The position numbers were made by a program, and so were the translations under genes. Below are positions 9,967-18,946 of a DNA stretch of 25,838 bases, one piece after another. The notes beneath the pieces were generated by a model. The model was not told the origin of the DNA. It saw only the letters and a program-made list of their open reading frames with translations, and ran no database searches. Source of the stretch: an uncultured Chloroflexia bacterium (GTDB taxonomy: Bacteria; Chloroflexota; Limnocylindria; Limnocylindrales; CSP1-4); the NCBI GenBank assembly GCA_963752475.1, contig CAVVYR010000010.1:1-25838 (forward strand), in the 5' to 3' direction. The stretch's first letter is position 1, and every line of letters starts with the position of its first letter.

Positions 9967-10566
9967 TTACCCCCTTTCCGGGCTCACGCCCGACCACAAC
10001 ACATCTACGATCTCTTCGGCCAGCGTCTCGATGTCGGCGCCCTCCGGCAGGTCCGGTTCCGCGAGCGTCGAGCGCTGCATCACCAGCGTCGAGGTCAGTC
10101 CGAAGAAGGCCTCTGCCAGCAGCCGCGCGTCGACGTCCGGCCGCAGCTGGCCGTCCGCCTGCCGCGCACGCAGGAAGCTCGCCATCCGCTCCAGGTTCGA
10201 GGTCGCGATCTCACTCATCGCGTCCTGGACCTCCGACGCCGAACGCGCCTCGAGGGTCAGGCGGAGCACCAAGCCACCGCTCGCGATGGCGTCCTGGATC
10301 TCGATCGCCGCGAGGTTGCGCAACGTCGACCGCAGATCATCGGGCACGACCGCGTCAGGCGGCGGGAACTCGCCGCGTGACGCAGCGGCCACGACGGCGA
10401 GGGCCTGCAAGATGCCGGCCTTGTTGTCGAACCGACGGAAGAGCGTGACCTCGTTGACACCGGCCGCCTCCGCGATGGCGCTGGTGGTAGTGCCGGTATA
10501 GCCGCGCTCCGCGATGAGCTCGGCCGCGGCTTCGAGGATCCGTGTCTCCGTGTCGCTGGGCGTCAT
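9967..10566 (-). CDS. TetR/AcrR-family transcriptional regulator
   Basis: ILEAAAELIAERGYTGTTTSAIAEAAGVNEVTLFRRFDNK HTH; C-terminal GQLRPDVD motif. Confidence 0.95.
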   Translation of the reverse strand: MTPSDTETRILEAAAELIAERGYTGTTTSAIAEAAGVNEVTLFRRFDNKAGILQALAVVAAASRGEFPPPDAVVPDDLRSTLRNLAAIEIQDAIASGGLVLRLTLEARSASEVQDAMSEIATSNLERMASFLRARQADGQLRPDVDARLLAEAFFGLTSTLVMQRSTLAEPDLPEGADIETLAEEIVDVLWSGVSPERG

Positions 10567-10578
10567 CGAAATCGCCTC

Positions 10579-10600
10579 TTGCAAGTAAGTACTTGCTTAC
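10579..10600. promoter_or_regulatory. Putative TetR operator
   Basis: AT-rich overlapping palindromes GCAAGT-aagt-ACTTGC (10581-10596) and GTAAG-tacttg-CTTAC (10585-10600) between divergent genes. Confidence 0.65.
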
Positions 10601-10612
10601 AGTAGCATAGCG

Positions 10613-12211
10613 ATGCAAGGAGCGCCGGCTGAAGGCGCCGAGAGGAATGGAGCGACGACGATGGGGGCAAGAGCGATCGGTACGGACACAACCACTGGGG
10701 GTGCTGCCGACCAGACCGGAGACCGAGGACACGCGGACCGGACGCGATCGTCAAGGATCGACCGCTGGGTCGGCCTGGGCGCCGCCATGGCGCTGGCGGT
10801 CGGCACCGGCATCCTGGCCGCCTGGCTGATGCCGCGCGGGCCCGCGACCACCGCCGAGGCCATCGGCTGGCTGGCGGCCGGTCTGCTCCTGGGCCTGGCC
10901 ATGGGCGCGATCTCGGCCACGCGCTGGTCGGTCGCGCTCGGAGCGGTGGCCTTCACCGCCGCCTTCGAGCTGGGCCGCGCCGGGACCTACGGGCCCACGG
11001 TGGATGCCGTCCAGCTGGGATCGACCTACGGCATCATCGCCTTCGTCGTGGGTCGGCTCCTGACCTACACGCTCGCGCTCCTGCCGCTGGCGCTCGGCGG
11101 CCTCGCCGGTGTGGCGCTGGCGGCGCGTCGCCAGCGCCTCGGTGCCACTCGGCCCGGGATCCTCGGCTGGTTCGTGGTGCTCGTGCTCAGCGCGTGCGTC
11201 GTCGGGATGGGGCTGCTGTTCCTTCGGCCGGCCAGCACGCCGGCGATCCTGGGTGCGGACGGCGAACCAGTACCCGGCTCGATCGCCGAGCTCACCAGCG
11301 TTCGGCTCGGTGGCCACGACCAGGCGCTTCTCATCCGCGGACGCAGTTCCGATGCGCCGGTCTTCCTCCATCTCGCCGGCGGCCCCGGCGGCACCGACCT
11401 CGGGGCCATGCGACGAGACACGTCACTGGAGGACGACTTCGTGGTCGTGACGTGGGACCAGCGAGGGACGGGCAAGTCATACGGCGCGCTCGACCCGATC
11501 GAGACCCTCACGCCCGAGCAGATGGTGGCCGACACCATCGAGCTGACCGAGTACTTGCGAGAGCGATTCGACGAGGATCGGATCTACCTGCACGGCAACT
11601 CGTGGGGCTCGCTGTTGGGCGTACTGGCGGTGGAGGCTCGCCCTGACCTGTATCACGCGTGGGTCGGCAGCGGCCAGATGGTCAGCCCACCTGGCACGGA
11701 CCGCATGTTCTGGGAGGACACCATCACCTGGGCCGAAACGCAGGGTGATACGGGACTCGTGGCGACGCTGCTCGAGAACGGCCCGCCACCGTACGCGGAC
11801 ATCCTCGCCTATGAGGCGGCGCTCTCGCACGAGCATGACTGGAACCCGTACCCCGAGTTCGACGGCGACGGCGAGATGCCGGCGACGCTCTTCGTTCCGG
11901 AAAACACGCTCATGGACCAGTTCAACGGCCTGCGCGCGTTCCTCGATACCTTCGCCGTCCTCTATCCGCGGATCCAGGAGATCGACCTGCGGCAGGAAGC
12001 GGCGCAGCTGGAGGTTCCGGTCTACCTCCTCACGGGAGGGCACGAGGCTCGCGGCCGAGCTGTCCTCGCAGACGAGTGGTTCGAGCTGCTGGACGCCCCG
12101 ACCAAGGAGGCGATCGTGTTCGAGCACTCGGGTCATCGACCCTCGTTCGAGGAGCCCGGCCGCTTCGCTGAGCTCATGCGCCGGGTCCGCGACGAGACGT
12201 ACGACCGCTAG
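10613..12211 (+). CDS. Membrane-anchored alpha/beta hydrolase (proline iminopeptidase-like)
   Basis: About 5 N-terminal TM helices, then LAGGPG, WDQRGTGKS, nucleophile GNSWG and catalytic SGH. The start may be at 10661. Confidence 0.85.
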   Translation: MQGAPAEGAERNGATTMGARAIGTDTTTGGAADQTGDRGHADRTRSSRIDRWVGLGAAMALAVGTGILAAWLMPRGPATTAEAIGWLAAGLLLGLAMGAISATRWSVALGAVAFTAAFELGRAGTYGPTVDAVQLGSTYGIIAFVVGRLLTYTLALLPLALGGLAGVALAARRQRLGATRPGILGWFVVLVLSACVVGMGLLFLRPASTPAILGADGEPVPGSIAELTSVRLGGHDQALLIRGRSSDAPVFLHLAGGPGGTDLGAMRRDTSLEDDFVVVTWDQRGTGKSYGALDPIETLTPEQMVADTIELTEYLRERFDEDRIYLHGNSWGSLLGVLAVEARPDLYHAWVGSGQMVSPPGTDRMFWEDTITWAETQGDTGLVATLLENGPPPYADILAYEAALSHEHDWNPYPEFDGDGEMPATLFVPENTLMDQFNGLRAFLDTFAVLYPRIQEIDLRQEAAQLEVPVYLLTGGHEARGRAVLADEWFELLDAPTKEAIVFEHSGHRPSFEEPGRFAELMRRVRDETYDR

Positions 12212-12220
12212 ACGCGTCCG

Positions 12221-13123
12221 TCAGGCGCTGTGGACGCTGGTGCGCAGGCGGAGGAGACGGTCGCTGGCGCAGATGAAGAGCCAGGTTCCGTCGGGCCCGC
12301 CGAAGCAGAAGTTGGCCACGACCGTGGGGGTCGCGATGGAACCGAGATGGCGTCCGTCGGGACCGACGACCCAGATGCCGCCGGGACCGCTGACCCAGAG
12401 GTTCCCGTGCTCGTCGCACTTGAGCCCGTCGGGGAAGCCGACCTCACCGTCGAACGGCTGCTCCATGTCGAAGAAGACGCCGCCGCCGGACAGCGAACCA
12501 TCGGCCGCGACGGTGTAGCGCATGATGCGCATGGCCTCGGTGTCATCGATGTAGAGGTATCGCCGATCGGGACTGAAGCAGAGCCCGTTGGGGGTCTGGA
12601 GGTCGGCGATCATCAGCACCGGCGGGGAGCCGGCATCGGGCTCTGCGATGCGGTACACGCCCCGGTATGGCATCACCAGCGGGCGCTCGATACCGTGGAC
12701 AGCGCGGCGACCATACGGCGGGTCGGTGAACCAGATCGCGCCGTCATCGGCCACGATGACGTCGTTGGGGCTATTCAGGCCACGGCCGTCGTGGCGGTCG
12801 GCTAGCAGCGTGACCGACCCTGTGGGCTCGAGGCGGATGACCCGGCTGGTGCCGTGCTCGCAGATGATGAGCCGGCCCTGGTGGTCGAGGGTCATGCCGT
12901 TGGCGAAGTCGGTCGGGCGTGCCAGCTCGGTGATCGTGCCGTCGAGGTCCCAGCGCCGGCGCACCTGCCCCGGGATGTCGTTGAAGATCAGATGGGCTGG
13001 GTCATCCCCCCGTTCCGGCACCCATACCGGTCCCTCGAGGAACCAGAAGCCGTCGCCTAGCGTCTCGATGGCATCGGGCTCCGGCACGAGGGCGAGGAAC
13101 TCAGGGTCGTGTTCCTGTGGCAT
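12221..13123 (-). CDS. SMP-30/gluconolactonase family protein
   Basis: EGPVW, ANGM, LNSPND, PNGL and FPDG motifs. AAAGGAG RBS before the ATG at 13123; the ORF-track extension to 13381 is not supported. Confidence 0.92.
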   Translation of the reverse strand: MPQEHDPEFLALVPEPDAIETLGDGFWFLEGPVWVPERGDDPAHLIFNDIPGQVRRRWDLDGTITELARPTDFANGMTLDHQGRLIICEHGTSRVIRLEPTGSVTLLADRHDGRGLNSPNDVIVADDGAIWFTDPPYGRRAVHGIERPLVMPYRGVYRIAEPDAGSPPVLMIADLQTPNGLCFSPDRRYLYIDDTEAMRIMRYTVAADGSLSGGGVFFDMEQPFDGEVGFPDGLKCDEHGNLWVSGPGGIWVVGPDGRHLGSIATPTVVANFCFGGPDGTWLFICASDRLLRLRTSVHSA

Positions 13124-13148
13124 CGGACTCCTTTCGCCTTTCGACGAG

Positions 13149-13259
13149 CTAGCCTTCGCGGCGCTTCGGATCTGACGTGGCGCCGAGCTTGTGACCCATG
13201 GTGCCGTTGATGACGAGACCGCCATCGGCCAACAGCTCGTGGCCGGTGATGTAGCGCGA
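13149..13259 (-). pseudogene. Orphan 3' remnant of a short-chain dehydrogenase (SDR) gene
   Basis: The minus strand reads SRYITGHELLADGGLVINGTMGHKLGATSDPKRREG-stop, the classic SDR C-terminal YITG..L..DGG motif. There is an in-frame stop just upstream and no start codon. Confidence 0.7.
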
Positions 13260-13280
13260 GCCTTTGCGTCATGTGCCGCG

Positions 13281-13315
13281 TGTATACTCGCCAGTAGTAT
13301 ACTTGGAAGTATACA
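13281..13315. promoter_or_regulatory. Three GTATAC palindromes upstream of the ATPase gene (putative operator/promoter)
   Basis: GTATAC at 13282, 13297 and 13309. The outer pair forms TGTATACT...AGTATACA. TATACT and TACAAT -10-like hexamers overlap them. Confidence 0.55.
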
Positions 13316-13361
13316 ATGGTGAACGTACCACTTCGAACTTCTTGATCGGTTCAGGGATCGC

Positions 13362-14756
13362 GTGGACGAACGCGCGGCCATGGAGGCCTGGTACGAGCGT
13401 GAGGACGAGACCAGAGCCCTGATGCTTCATGGGCGGAGACGTGCCGGCAAGTCCTGGCTGTTCCGAGCGTTCGTCGACGGCAGGGACGCTGACATCTTCG
13501 TGGCTTCGACCCGAGCCCTCGCGGATCAGCTGCATGGCTTCGCCGGCCAGCTCGCGGTCGCTGGTGAGCGGCCGCACCTGCCAGACCTCGAGACGTTCCT
13601 GCGTCTGCTGTACCGACGTGCCCGCGATACACCTCGGTTGGCAGTGATCGACGAGCTGCCCAACCTGATTGCGGTCGACCGCAGCCTTCCGAGCACCCTG
13701 CTCAAGGTCATGGAGGAAGAGGCCGCCGGATCGGGGCTCAAGCTGATCCTGACAGGGAGCCATGTGGCAGTGATGGAGGAGCTGCTGGCTGAGCGGCAGC
13801 CGCTCCACGACCGGCTTCAGAGCCTGCCGGTTCGAGCGCTCGACTTCTGGTCTGCCCGGACGATCCTGGGCGATGGTCCGGGCGACCGGCAACTGACGGC
13901 CTATGGCCTCGTCGGCGGGATGCCCAAGTACCTCTCGGAGATGGCCGGCGCGGCAGACCCACTGACGACGCTGGCCGAGGTGGCGCTGTCCCCGCTCGGG
14001 CGCCTCTTCGACGAGGGTCGGGCCGTCCTGGCCCAGGAACTCCAGCAGCCCGCGACGTACTTCAGCCTGCTGGGGGCGCTCGCGCTCGGGCCCGCCGATT
14101 TCGAGACCGTGGAGCGACGCAGCCGGGTCGAGCGTCACCGGATCACCAAGTACCTGGCCACGCTACGCGACCTCGGCCTCGTCGACTCGCGCGTGCCCGT
14201 GACCGAGTCGGGCGTCCGTACCCGGAGCCGGTCGTACGTGCTGGCCGACGGGTTCCTGCGCTTCTGGTTCCGCTACGTGTTCCCGTTCCAGGCGGACCTC
14301 GAAGCCGGCCTCGATCCGGCGACGATCGTGGCGCACGAGATCGAGCCCACGCTCTCGGACCACCTGGCCCCCGCCATGGAGGAGATCGCGCGCGCCTGGG
14401 TGAGACGTTCCGGCGTCGGTAGCGCCACCAAGGTCGGAGCCTGGTGGGGTCGGTCGCTGGACAGCCACCGTCGCCGCGGAGAGCGGACGAGCGAGGAGAT
14501 CGACATCGTCGGCCTCAAGGGCCGGCGTGCGACGGTCGTGGGTGAGGTCCGCTGGCGCAGGAAGCCGATGACCGTCGACATCCTCGAGGAGATCGATCGG
14601 TTCAAGCTGCCGGCCCTCGAACAGGCCGGGGTGGCTGTGGGCAGACCGGAGATCGTCCTGGTCAGCCGGTCGGGGTTCAGTCCAGGGCTGAGCGGTGCCG
14701 CCCGGAAGGACGCGCGGATCCACCTTGTTGGGCCGGACGACCTGGTACTCGCCTGA
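13362..14756 (+). CDS. Archaeal-type AAA ATPase (ATPase_2) with wHTH and C-terminal DUF234/PD-(D/E)xK-like domain
   Basis: Walker A GRRRAGKS, Walker B LAVIDELP, LILTGS, GGMPKYL, D.FLRFWFRYV and C-terminal EIDIV...GEVRW. The family-like F.DR..E N-terminus extends in frame to about 13350, so the true start is likely upstream (the ATG at 13316 is out of frame). Confidence 0.9.
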   Translation: MDERAAMEAWYEREDETRALMLHGRRRAGKSWLFRAFVDGRDADIFVASTRALADQLHGFAGQLAVAGERPHLPDLETFLRLLYRRARDTPRLAVIDELPNLIAVDRSLPSTLLKVMEEEAAGSGLKLILTGSHVAVMEELLAERQPLHDRLQSLPVRALDFWSARTILGDGPGDRQLTAYGLVGGMPKYLSEMAGAADPLTTLAEVALSPLGRLFDEGRAVLAQELQQPATYFSLLGALALGPADFETVERRSRVERHRITKYLATLRDLGLVDSRVPVTESGVRTRSRSYVLADGFLRFWFRYVFPFQADLEAGLDPATIVAHEIEPTLSDHLAPAMEEIARAWVRRSGVGSATKVGAWWGRSLDSHRRRGERTSEEIDIVGLKGRRATVVGEVRWRRKPMTVDILEEIDRFKLPALEQAGVAVGRPEIVLVSRSGFSPGLSGAARKDARIHLVGPDDLVLA

Positions 14757-14800
14757 CGACCTGGTACTCGCCTGACGACCTGGTACTCGCCTGACGACCT
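14736..14800 (+). repeat. Perfect 19-bp tandem repeat, 3.4 copies
   Basis: GACGACCTGGTACTCGCCT at 14736, 14755 and 14774, plus a partial copy at 14793. It spans the ATPase stop codon. Confidence 0.95.
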
Positions 14801-14888
14801 CGCACAGCCATGAACGCGTCACCGCTCTGGTCCTGCGGTCGTCGCTGCGGCTAGGCTGGGCCTGGCACATGCAGCAGGAGAGCGACCA

Positions 14889-15662
14889 ATGACCGACCAG
14901 CCAGACTTCAGACTCGATGGCCAGACGGCCCTCGTCACCGGGGCCGCGCGCGGGCTCGGCCGGGCGATCTCCCTGGCCCTGGCCGATGCCGGGGCCGATG
15001 TGGCCCTGGGGTTACGCGTTGGCGCGGACGCCAAGGATCTTGTGACCGAGATCGAGGCGATGGGCCGGCGCGCGCATCGGGTACAGATGGACCTGCTCGA
15101 CCTCGACCAGATCGGGGCGGCGGTCGAAGAGGTTCGACAGGTCTTCGGACGCGTCGACATCCTCGTCAACAACGCCGGCGGCGGACCCGAGGAGAAGGCT
15201 GCGGAAGACTGGACCGAAGAGGACTTCGACAGCACCTTCGACGTCAACGTCAAGGGCCTGTTCTTCGCAAGCCAGGCCGTGGCCAAGGTGATGATCGAGC
15301 ACGGCGGCGGACGCATCGTCAACCTCAGCTCGCAGGCCGGGTTCATCGCGCTCCCGGGAGAGGCCGTGTACTGCGCGACCAAGGCAGCGGTCTCGCACTT
15401 GACCAAGTGCCACGCGGTCGAGTGGGGCCGGTACGGCATCAACGTCAATGCCGTGGCACCCACGTTCATCCGCACCCCGGGCACCGAACCGATGCTGGCC
15501 GACGCGGCGTTCAAGGCCGATGTGGAGGAGCGCATCGCTGCCCTGCACCGCATCGGAGAACCGGTCGACGTGGCGGGTGCGGTGGTCTACCTCGCCTCCC
15601 CTGCCTCCGGGCTCGTGACCGGCACCACGCTCATGGTCGACGGCGGCTGGACCGCTCGCTGA
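14889..15662 (+). CDS. Short-chain dehydrogenase/reductase (sugar/sugar-acid dehydrogenase-like)
   Basis: TGAARGLG, NNAG, catalytic S and YCATK, VDGG; AGGAG RBS. Confidence 0.93.
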   Translation: MTDQPDFRLDGQTALVTGAARGLGRAISLALADAGADVALGLRVGADAKDLVTEIEAMGRRAHRVQMDLLDLDQIGAAVEEVRQVFGRVDILVNNAGGGPEEKAAEDWTEEDFDSTFDVNVKGLFFASQAVAKVMIEHGGGRIVNLSSQAGFIALPGEAVYCATKAAVSHLTKCHAVEWGRYGINVNAVAPTFIRTPGTEPMLADAAFKADVEERIAALHRIGEPVDVAGAVVYLASPASGLVTGTTLMVDGGWTAR

Positions 15663-15669
15663 CGAAGCC

Positions 15670-17172
15670 TCAGTCCGCGAGTCGGGCGAAGACCGGCGCC
15701 AGCGCGGGGTAGAGCTCGCGATAGACGTCGAAGCGGTGACGGTAGGCGTCTCGGCCCGCCGCACTCGGCAGGACCTCGCGCCAGCCCGTGGACATGCGCC
15801 CGGCGGTGGCGACCACGTCCCACATCGCGTCCAGACCGACGGCCGCAGCGGCCAGCACCGCCGCGCCCAGCGCCGTGGTCTCCGAGTGCTCGGTGACCTC
15901 GACCGGACGCTCGAAGATGTCGGCGATCAACTGCACCCAGAAGCTGCTGTTGGCCCCGCCGCCCATGAGCCGCACACGCTCGGCACGGACGCCGGTGTCG
16001 GCCTCGATCATCTGGAGGATCTGCAGTTGCTCGTAGGTGATGCCCTCGAGCACGGCGCGATACATGTGCGCCACCCCATGGTGGACTCGCAGGCCGACCC
16101 AGGCACCCCGGGCATCGGGATCCCAGTGCGGCGCCTCGGCCCGGATGAGGTAGGGCAGGAACAGCAGTCCCTCGGCACCGGCGGGGACCTCGGCGGCTTC
16201 GGCCGTCAGGCGCGCCAGCGCCGCGTCGGACGTGTCCCGCAAGATCCGCGTACGGAACCAATCGAGCGAGTGGACGCCGCTCGCGAGTGCCGCCTCCAGC
16301 GTCCAGCGCCCGGCGATGGGACTGGCCATCGAGCGGTAGGCGGGCCCGGTCATGTAGCGATCGGCATGGACGCCCAGCGTCACGGCCGTGCCCAGGTTGA
16401 GGTAGGCAAGACCGCCTGCGCAGACCGCCGCGCCAAGTCCCGCGCTCTGGCCATCACCGGAGCCGGCGACCACCGGCGTTCCGGCCGGCAGCCCGGTCTC
16501 GCCCGCCGACGCCTCGCTGACCTCACCGATGACCGAACCCGGTGCGAAGAGAGCCGGGAGCTGCGAACGACGCACGCCGACCTGCGCGATGAGCTCGTCG
16601 GAGTAGCCGAACGTGCGCACATCGACGAGCCCGGTGGGGTCGGCGCTGGCCCAGCTGGTGGCCCACTCCCCTGTCAGTCGCTCGGCGAGGAAGGCGTGGA
16701 CCTCGGCGATCCGCCCGGCCCGCTGCAGGACCTCCGGCTCGTGCTCGTGGAGCCAGGCCAGCTTGTAGAACGTCGGCGCCGTGCTGGGCGGGCGCCCCGT
16801 CAGCTCGTGGACTCGCTCCGAGCCAAGCGCCCGGACCTGCGGTGTGGCGCGATCGTCGTTCCACAGGATCGCCGGCCGAAGTGGCATGCCCGCGCCATCG
16901 AGGCACACGAACGACTCACGCTGGTGCGTGATGCCGACCGCGCGAACGGCCACGGGCTCGACGGCTCCGGTGACCTCGCGCAGGGCCGAGCACGTGGCCT
17001 CCCACCACTCGTCCGACGACTGCTCCCGCCAGCCGGTGTGCGGCGACGAGGTCTCGATCGGCACGCGCGCGGAAGCCACGACCTCACCTTGCGCGGTGAA
17101 TGCGATCGCCTTGCAGGCGGTGGTGGAGAGGTCGACCGCGATGACGACGGGCCCCACGGCGTGGCTGGTCAC
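15670..17172 (-). CDS. FGGY-family carbohydrate kinase (xylulokinase-like)
   Basis: DLSTTACK, ILWNDDR, GDGQSAGLG, LFLPYL, RAVLEG and MGGGANS. Confidence 0.92.
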   Translation of the reverse strand: MTSHAVGPVVIAVDLSTTACKAIAFTAQGEVVASARVPIETSSPHTGWREQSSDEWWEATCSALREVTGAVEPVAVRAVGITHQRESFVCLDGAGMPLRPAILWNDDRATPQVRALGSERVHELTGRPPSTAPTFYKLAWLHEHEPEVLQRAGRIAEVHAFLAERLTGEWATSWASADPTGLVDVRTFGYSDELIAQVGVRRSQLPALFAPGSVIGEVSEASAGETGLPAGTPVVAGSGDGQSAGLGAAVCAGGLAYLNLGTAVTLGVHADRYMTGPAYRSMASPIAGRWTLEAALASGVHSLDWFRTRILRDTSDAALARLTAEAAEVPAGAEGLLFLPYLIRAEAPHWDPDARGAWVGLRVHHGVAHMYRAVLEGITYEQLQILQMIEADTGVRAERVRLMGGGANSSFWVQLIADIFERPVEVTEHSETTALGAAVLAAAAVGLDAMWDVVATAGRMSTGWREVLPSAAGRDAYRHRFDVYRELYPALAPVFARLAD

Positions 17173-17193
17173 GCCTGCTCGTCCATGGCTCGT

Positions 17194-18813
17194 CTAGGCC
17201 GCGGAGGTCGGGATGGGGTGGAAGAGGCAGCCGTCGACGAAGAGCTCGAAGAAGTCCGGCTCGGTCTCCAGCTCCACGTGCTCGATGCGACCGATGATCT
17301 CGTTGAGGGCCTCGCGGCGGCGGCGAGAGAGCAGCAGCATGGACGCACCCCGAAGTGCGGAGTTGCCCACGCGCTCCACGTGCTCCGGCTTCACCTGGGC
17401 GAGGAAGCCGATGTCGATGGCGTTCTCGATGTCGATGGCGTTCGCGAAGCCGCCGGCGAGGTACACGTGGTCGACATCCTGGGCGTCCAGACCCAGCTTG
17501 CGCAGCAGGATGCGCTGACCTGACGCGTTCGAAGCCTTGGCCTGTGCCAGCTGGCTGGCGTCTGCGCGCGAGAAGGTGATGCCGCGAGAGGGTGCGATGT
17601 CGTACTCGGTGCCGCCGTTCTCGAAGCGGCCCTCCGGGCTCATCCACTCGACTCGGCGAAGCTCGGCGAGGATGTCGACGAGGCCGGAACCACAGATACC
17701 CTCAGGCTCGTAGTCGCCGATGACCTGGTAGACGAACGCGTCGTCGTTGATGTGGACAGCCTCGATGGCACCGTCGGCGCCGGCCATGCCGAAGCGCAGC
17801 ATGCCGCCCTCGAAGGCGGGGCCGGCGGGGCTCGAGGCGGCCACGAAGCGCTCGCCGTCGGTGGCCACGATCTCGGTGTTGGTGCCGATGTCGATGAGGA
17901 GGGAGCTGCCGGGCGCGGAGCCGAAGTCGGTGGCTACCAGGTCGGCCGCCACATCCCCACCGACGTGGCTGGCGATCAGCGGCGCGCCCACCACGCGGGC
18001 CTGCGGGTGGATGAGGATGCCCAGCTCGTAGGCACGCTTGGTGACCCAGGTGGATTCGGCCTCGCCACGGAGCATGGCGTGCTCGGTGAGGGACTTGTAG
18101 GGCATCTCGCCGATGGACTTCACATCGATGTCGAAGAAGAGGTCACGCATCGTGGAGTTGGCCACGACCATGGCCTCGTAGACCTCGTGGCGGTCGATGC
18201 CCAGCTCCTTGTAGATGTCCTTGAGGCCGGCGTTGAGGGCTCGGCGGAGGGACTTGCGCAGGGTGCCGGGGTGGTCGCGCTCGTAGCCGATGCGGCTCAT
18301 CACGTCGCTGCCACCGAAGCGCTGGGGGTTCTCGAAGGCGCCGCCGCTCACGACGTGGCCGTCGGTCAGGTCGATGAGGCGGAAGACGACGGTGGTGGTG
18401 CCCACGTCGATGGCCAGGCCCAGGACGTGCTCGCGGCGCAGATCGAGGGTGATGCCGTCGTAGAGGACCGCGTGGTCGGTAGTGGTGACGACGGGGTCGA
18501 CCTCGGTGATGGGCTCGCCGGCGTCGGTGAGGATGTGCATCTTGCGCCGGATGACGGCGAACTCGATGTCACCCTCGGCCAATTCGACGGTCGCCTGGCA
18601 GGCGAGGCGGAACGCCTGGGGCAAGTACTCCTCGGCCTCGGTTCGGGGGCTGAGCTGGTCGCCGCCCTGGCGGACCTCGACGGCGCACTCGCGGCAGCGG
18701 CCGGAGCGGCTGCAGGATTGGGGCACGGCCAGCGAGACCTCGTCGGCATAGTCGAAGAGCGTCTTGCCGGTGGACAGGGGTCGGCGTTCGATGCCGTGGA
18801 TGATCTCGGGCAC
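17194..18813 (-). CDS. ASKHA-domain reductive activator of corrinoid proteins (RACo/DUF4445) with N-terminal 2Fe-2S domain
   Basis: C-x5-C-x2-C...RLAC iron-sulfur motif, DVGTTT, NPQ.FG.DVMSRI, DIGTNTE, AGPAFEG and GICGSG. Start is GTG 18813 or TTG 18825. Confidence 0.9.
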   Translation of the reverse strand: MPEIIHGIERRPLSTGKTLFDYADEVSLAVPQSCSRSGRCRECAVEVRQGGDQLSPRTEAEEYLPQAFRLACQATVELAEGDIEFAVIRRKMHILTDAGEPITEVDPVVTTTDHAVLYDGITLDLRREHVLGLAIDVGTTTVVFRLIDLTDGHVVSGGAFENPQRFGGSDVMSRIGYERDHPGTLRKSLRRALNAGLKDIYKELGIDRHEVYEAMVVANSTMRDLFFDIDVKSIGEMPYKSLTEHAMLRGEAESTWVTKRAYELGILIHPQARVVGAPLIASHVGGDVAADLVATDFGSAPGSSLLIDIGTNTEIVATDGERFVAASSPAGPAFEGGMLRFGMAGADGAIEAVHINDDAFVYQVIGDYEPEGICGSGLVDILAELRRVEWMSPEGRFENGGTEYDIAPSRGITFSRADASQLAQAKASNASGQRILLRKLGLDAQDVDHVYLAGGFANAIDIENAIDIGFLAQVKPEHVERVGNSALRGASMLLLSRRRREALNEIIGRIEHVELETEPDFFELFVDGCLFHPIPTSAA

Positions 18814-18926
18814 AGGGCCTCTCAACTGACGACTCGATGGGTCACGCCAACGCTACCAAGAGCGGGCCGTCGCTGCTTGCGTCTGGGGTGGACTCCTAGC
18901 CTCCGAGCGGGGCTCTGGCGGTGATT

Positions 18927-18935
18927 TGGTATCCT
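18927..18935 (+). promoter_or_regulatory. Extended -10 promoter element of tRNA-Gln
   Basis: TG-g-TATCCT ends 11 nt before the tRNA 5' end. A divergent TG-g-TAGCGT lies on the minus strand at 18850-18858, ahead of the RACo gene. Confidence 0.5.
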
Positions 18936-18946
18936 GTGGCTCTCGC

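Noticed and set aside
13124-13381. N-terminal extension of the gluconolactonase
   Set aside because: A strong RBS precedes ATG 13123, and the extension overlaps the SDR remnant and the ATPase promoter.
14736-14800. 19-bp repeats as a CRISPR array
   Set aside because: The copies are contiguous with no spacers, and no cas genes are present.
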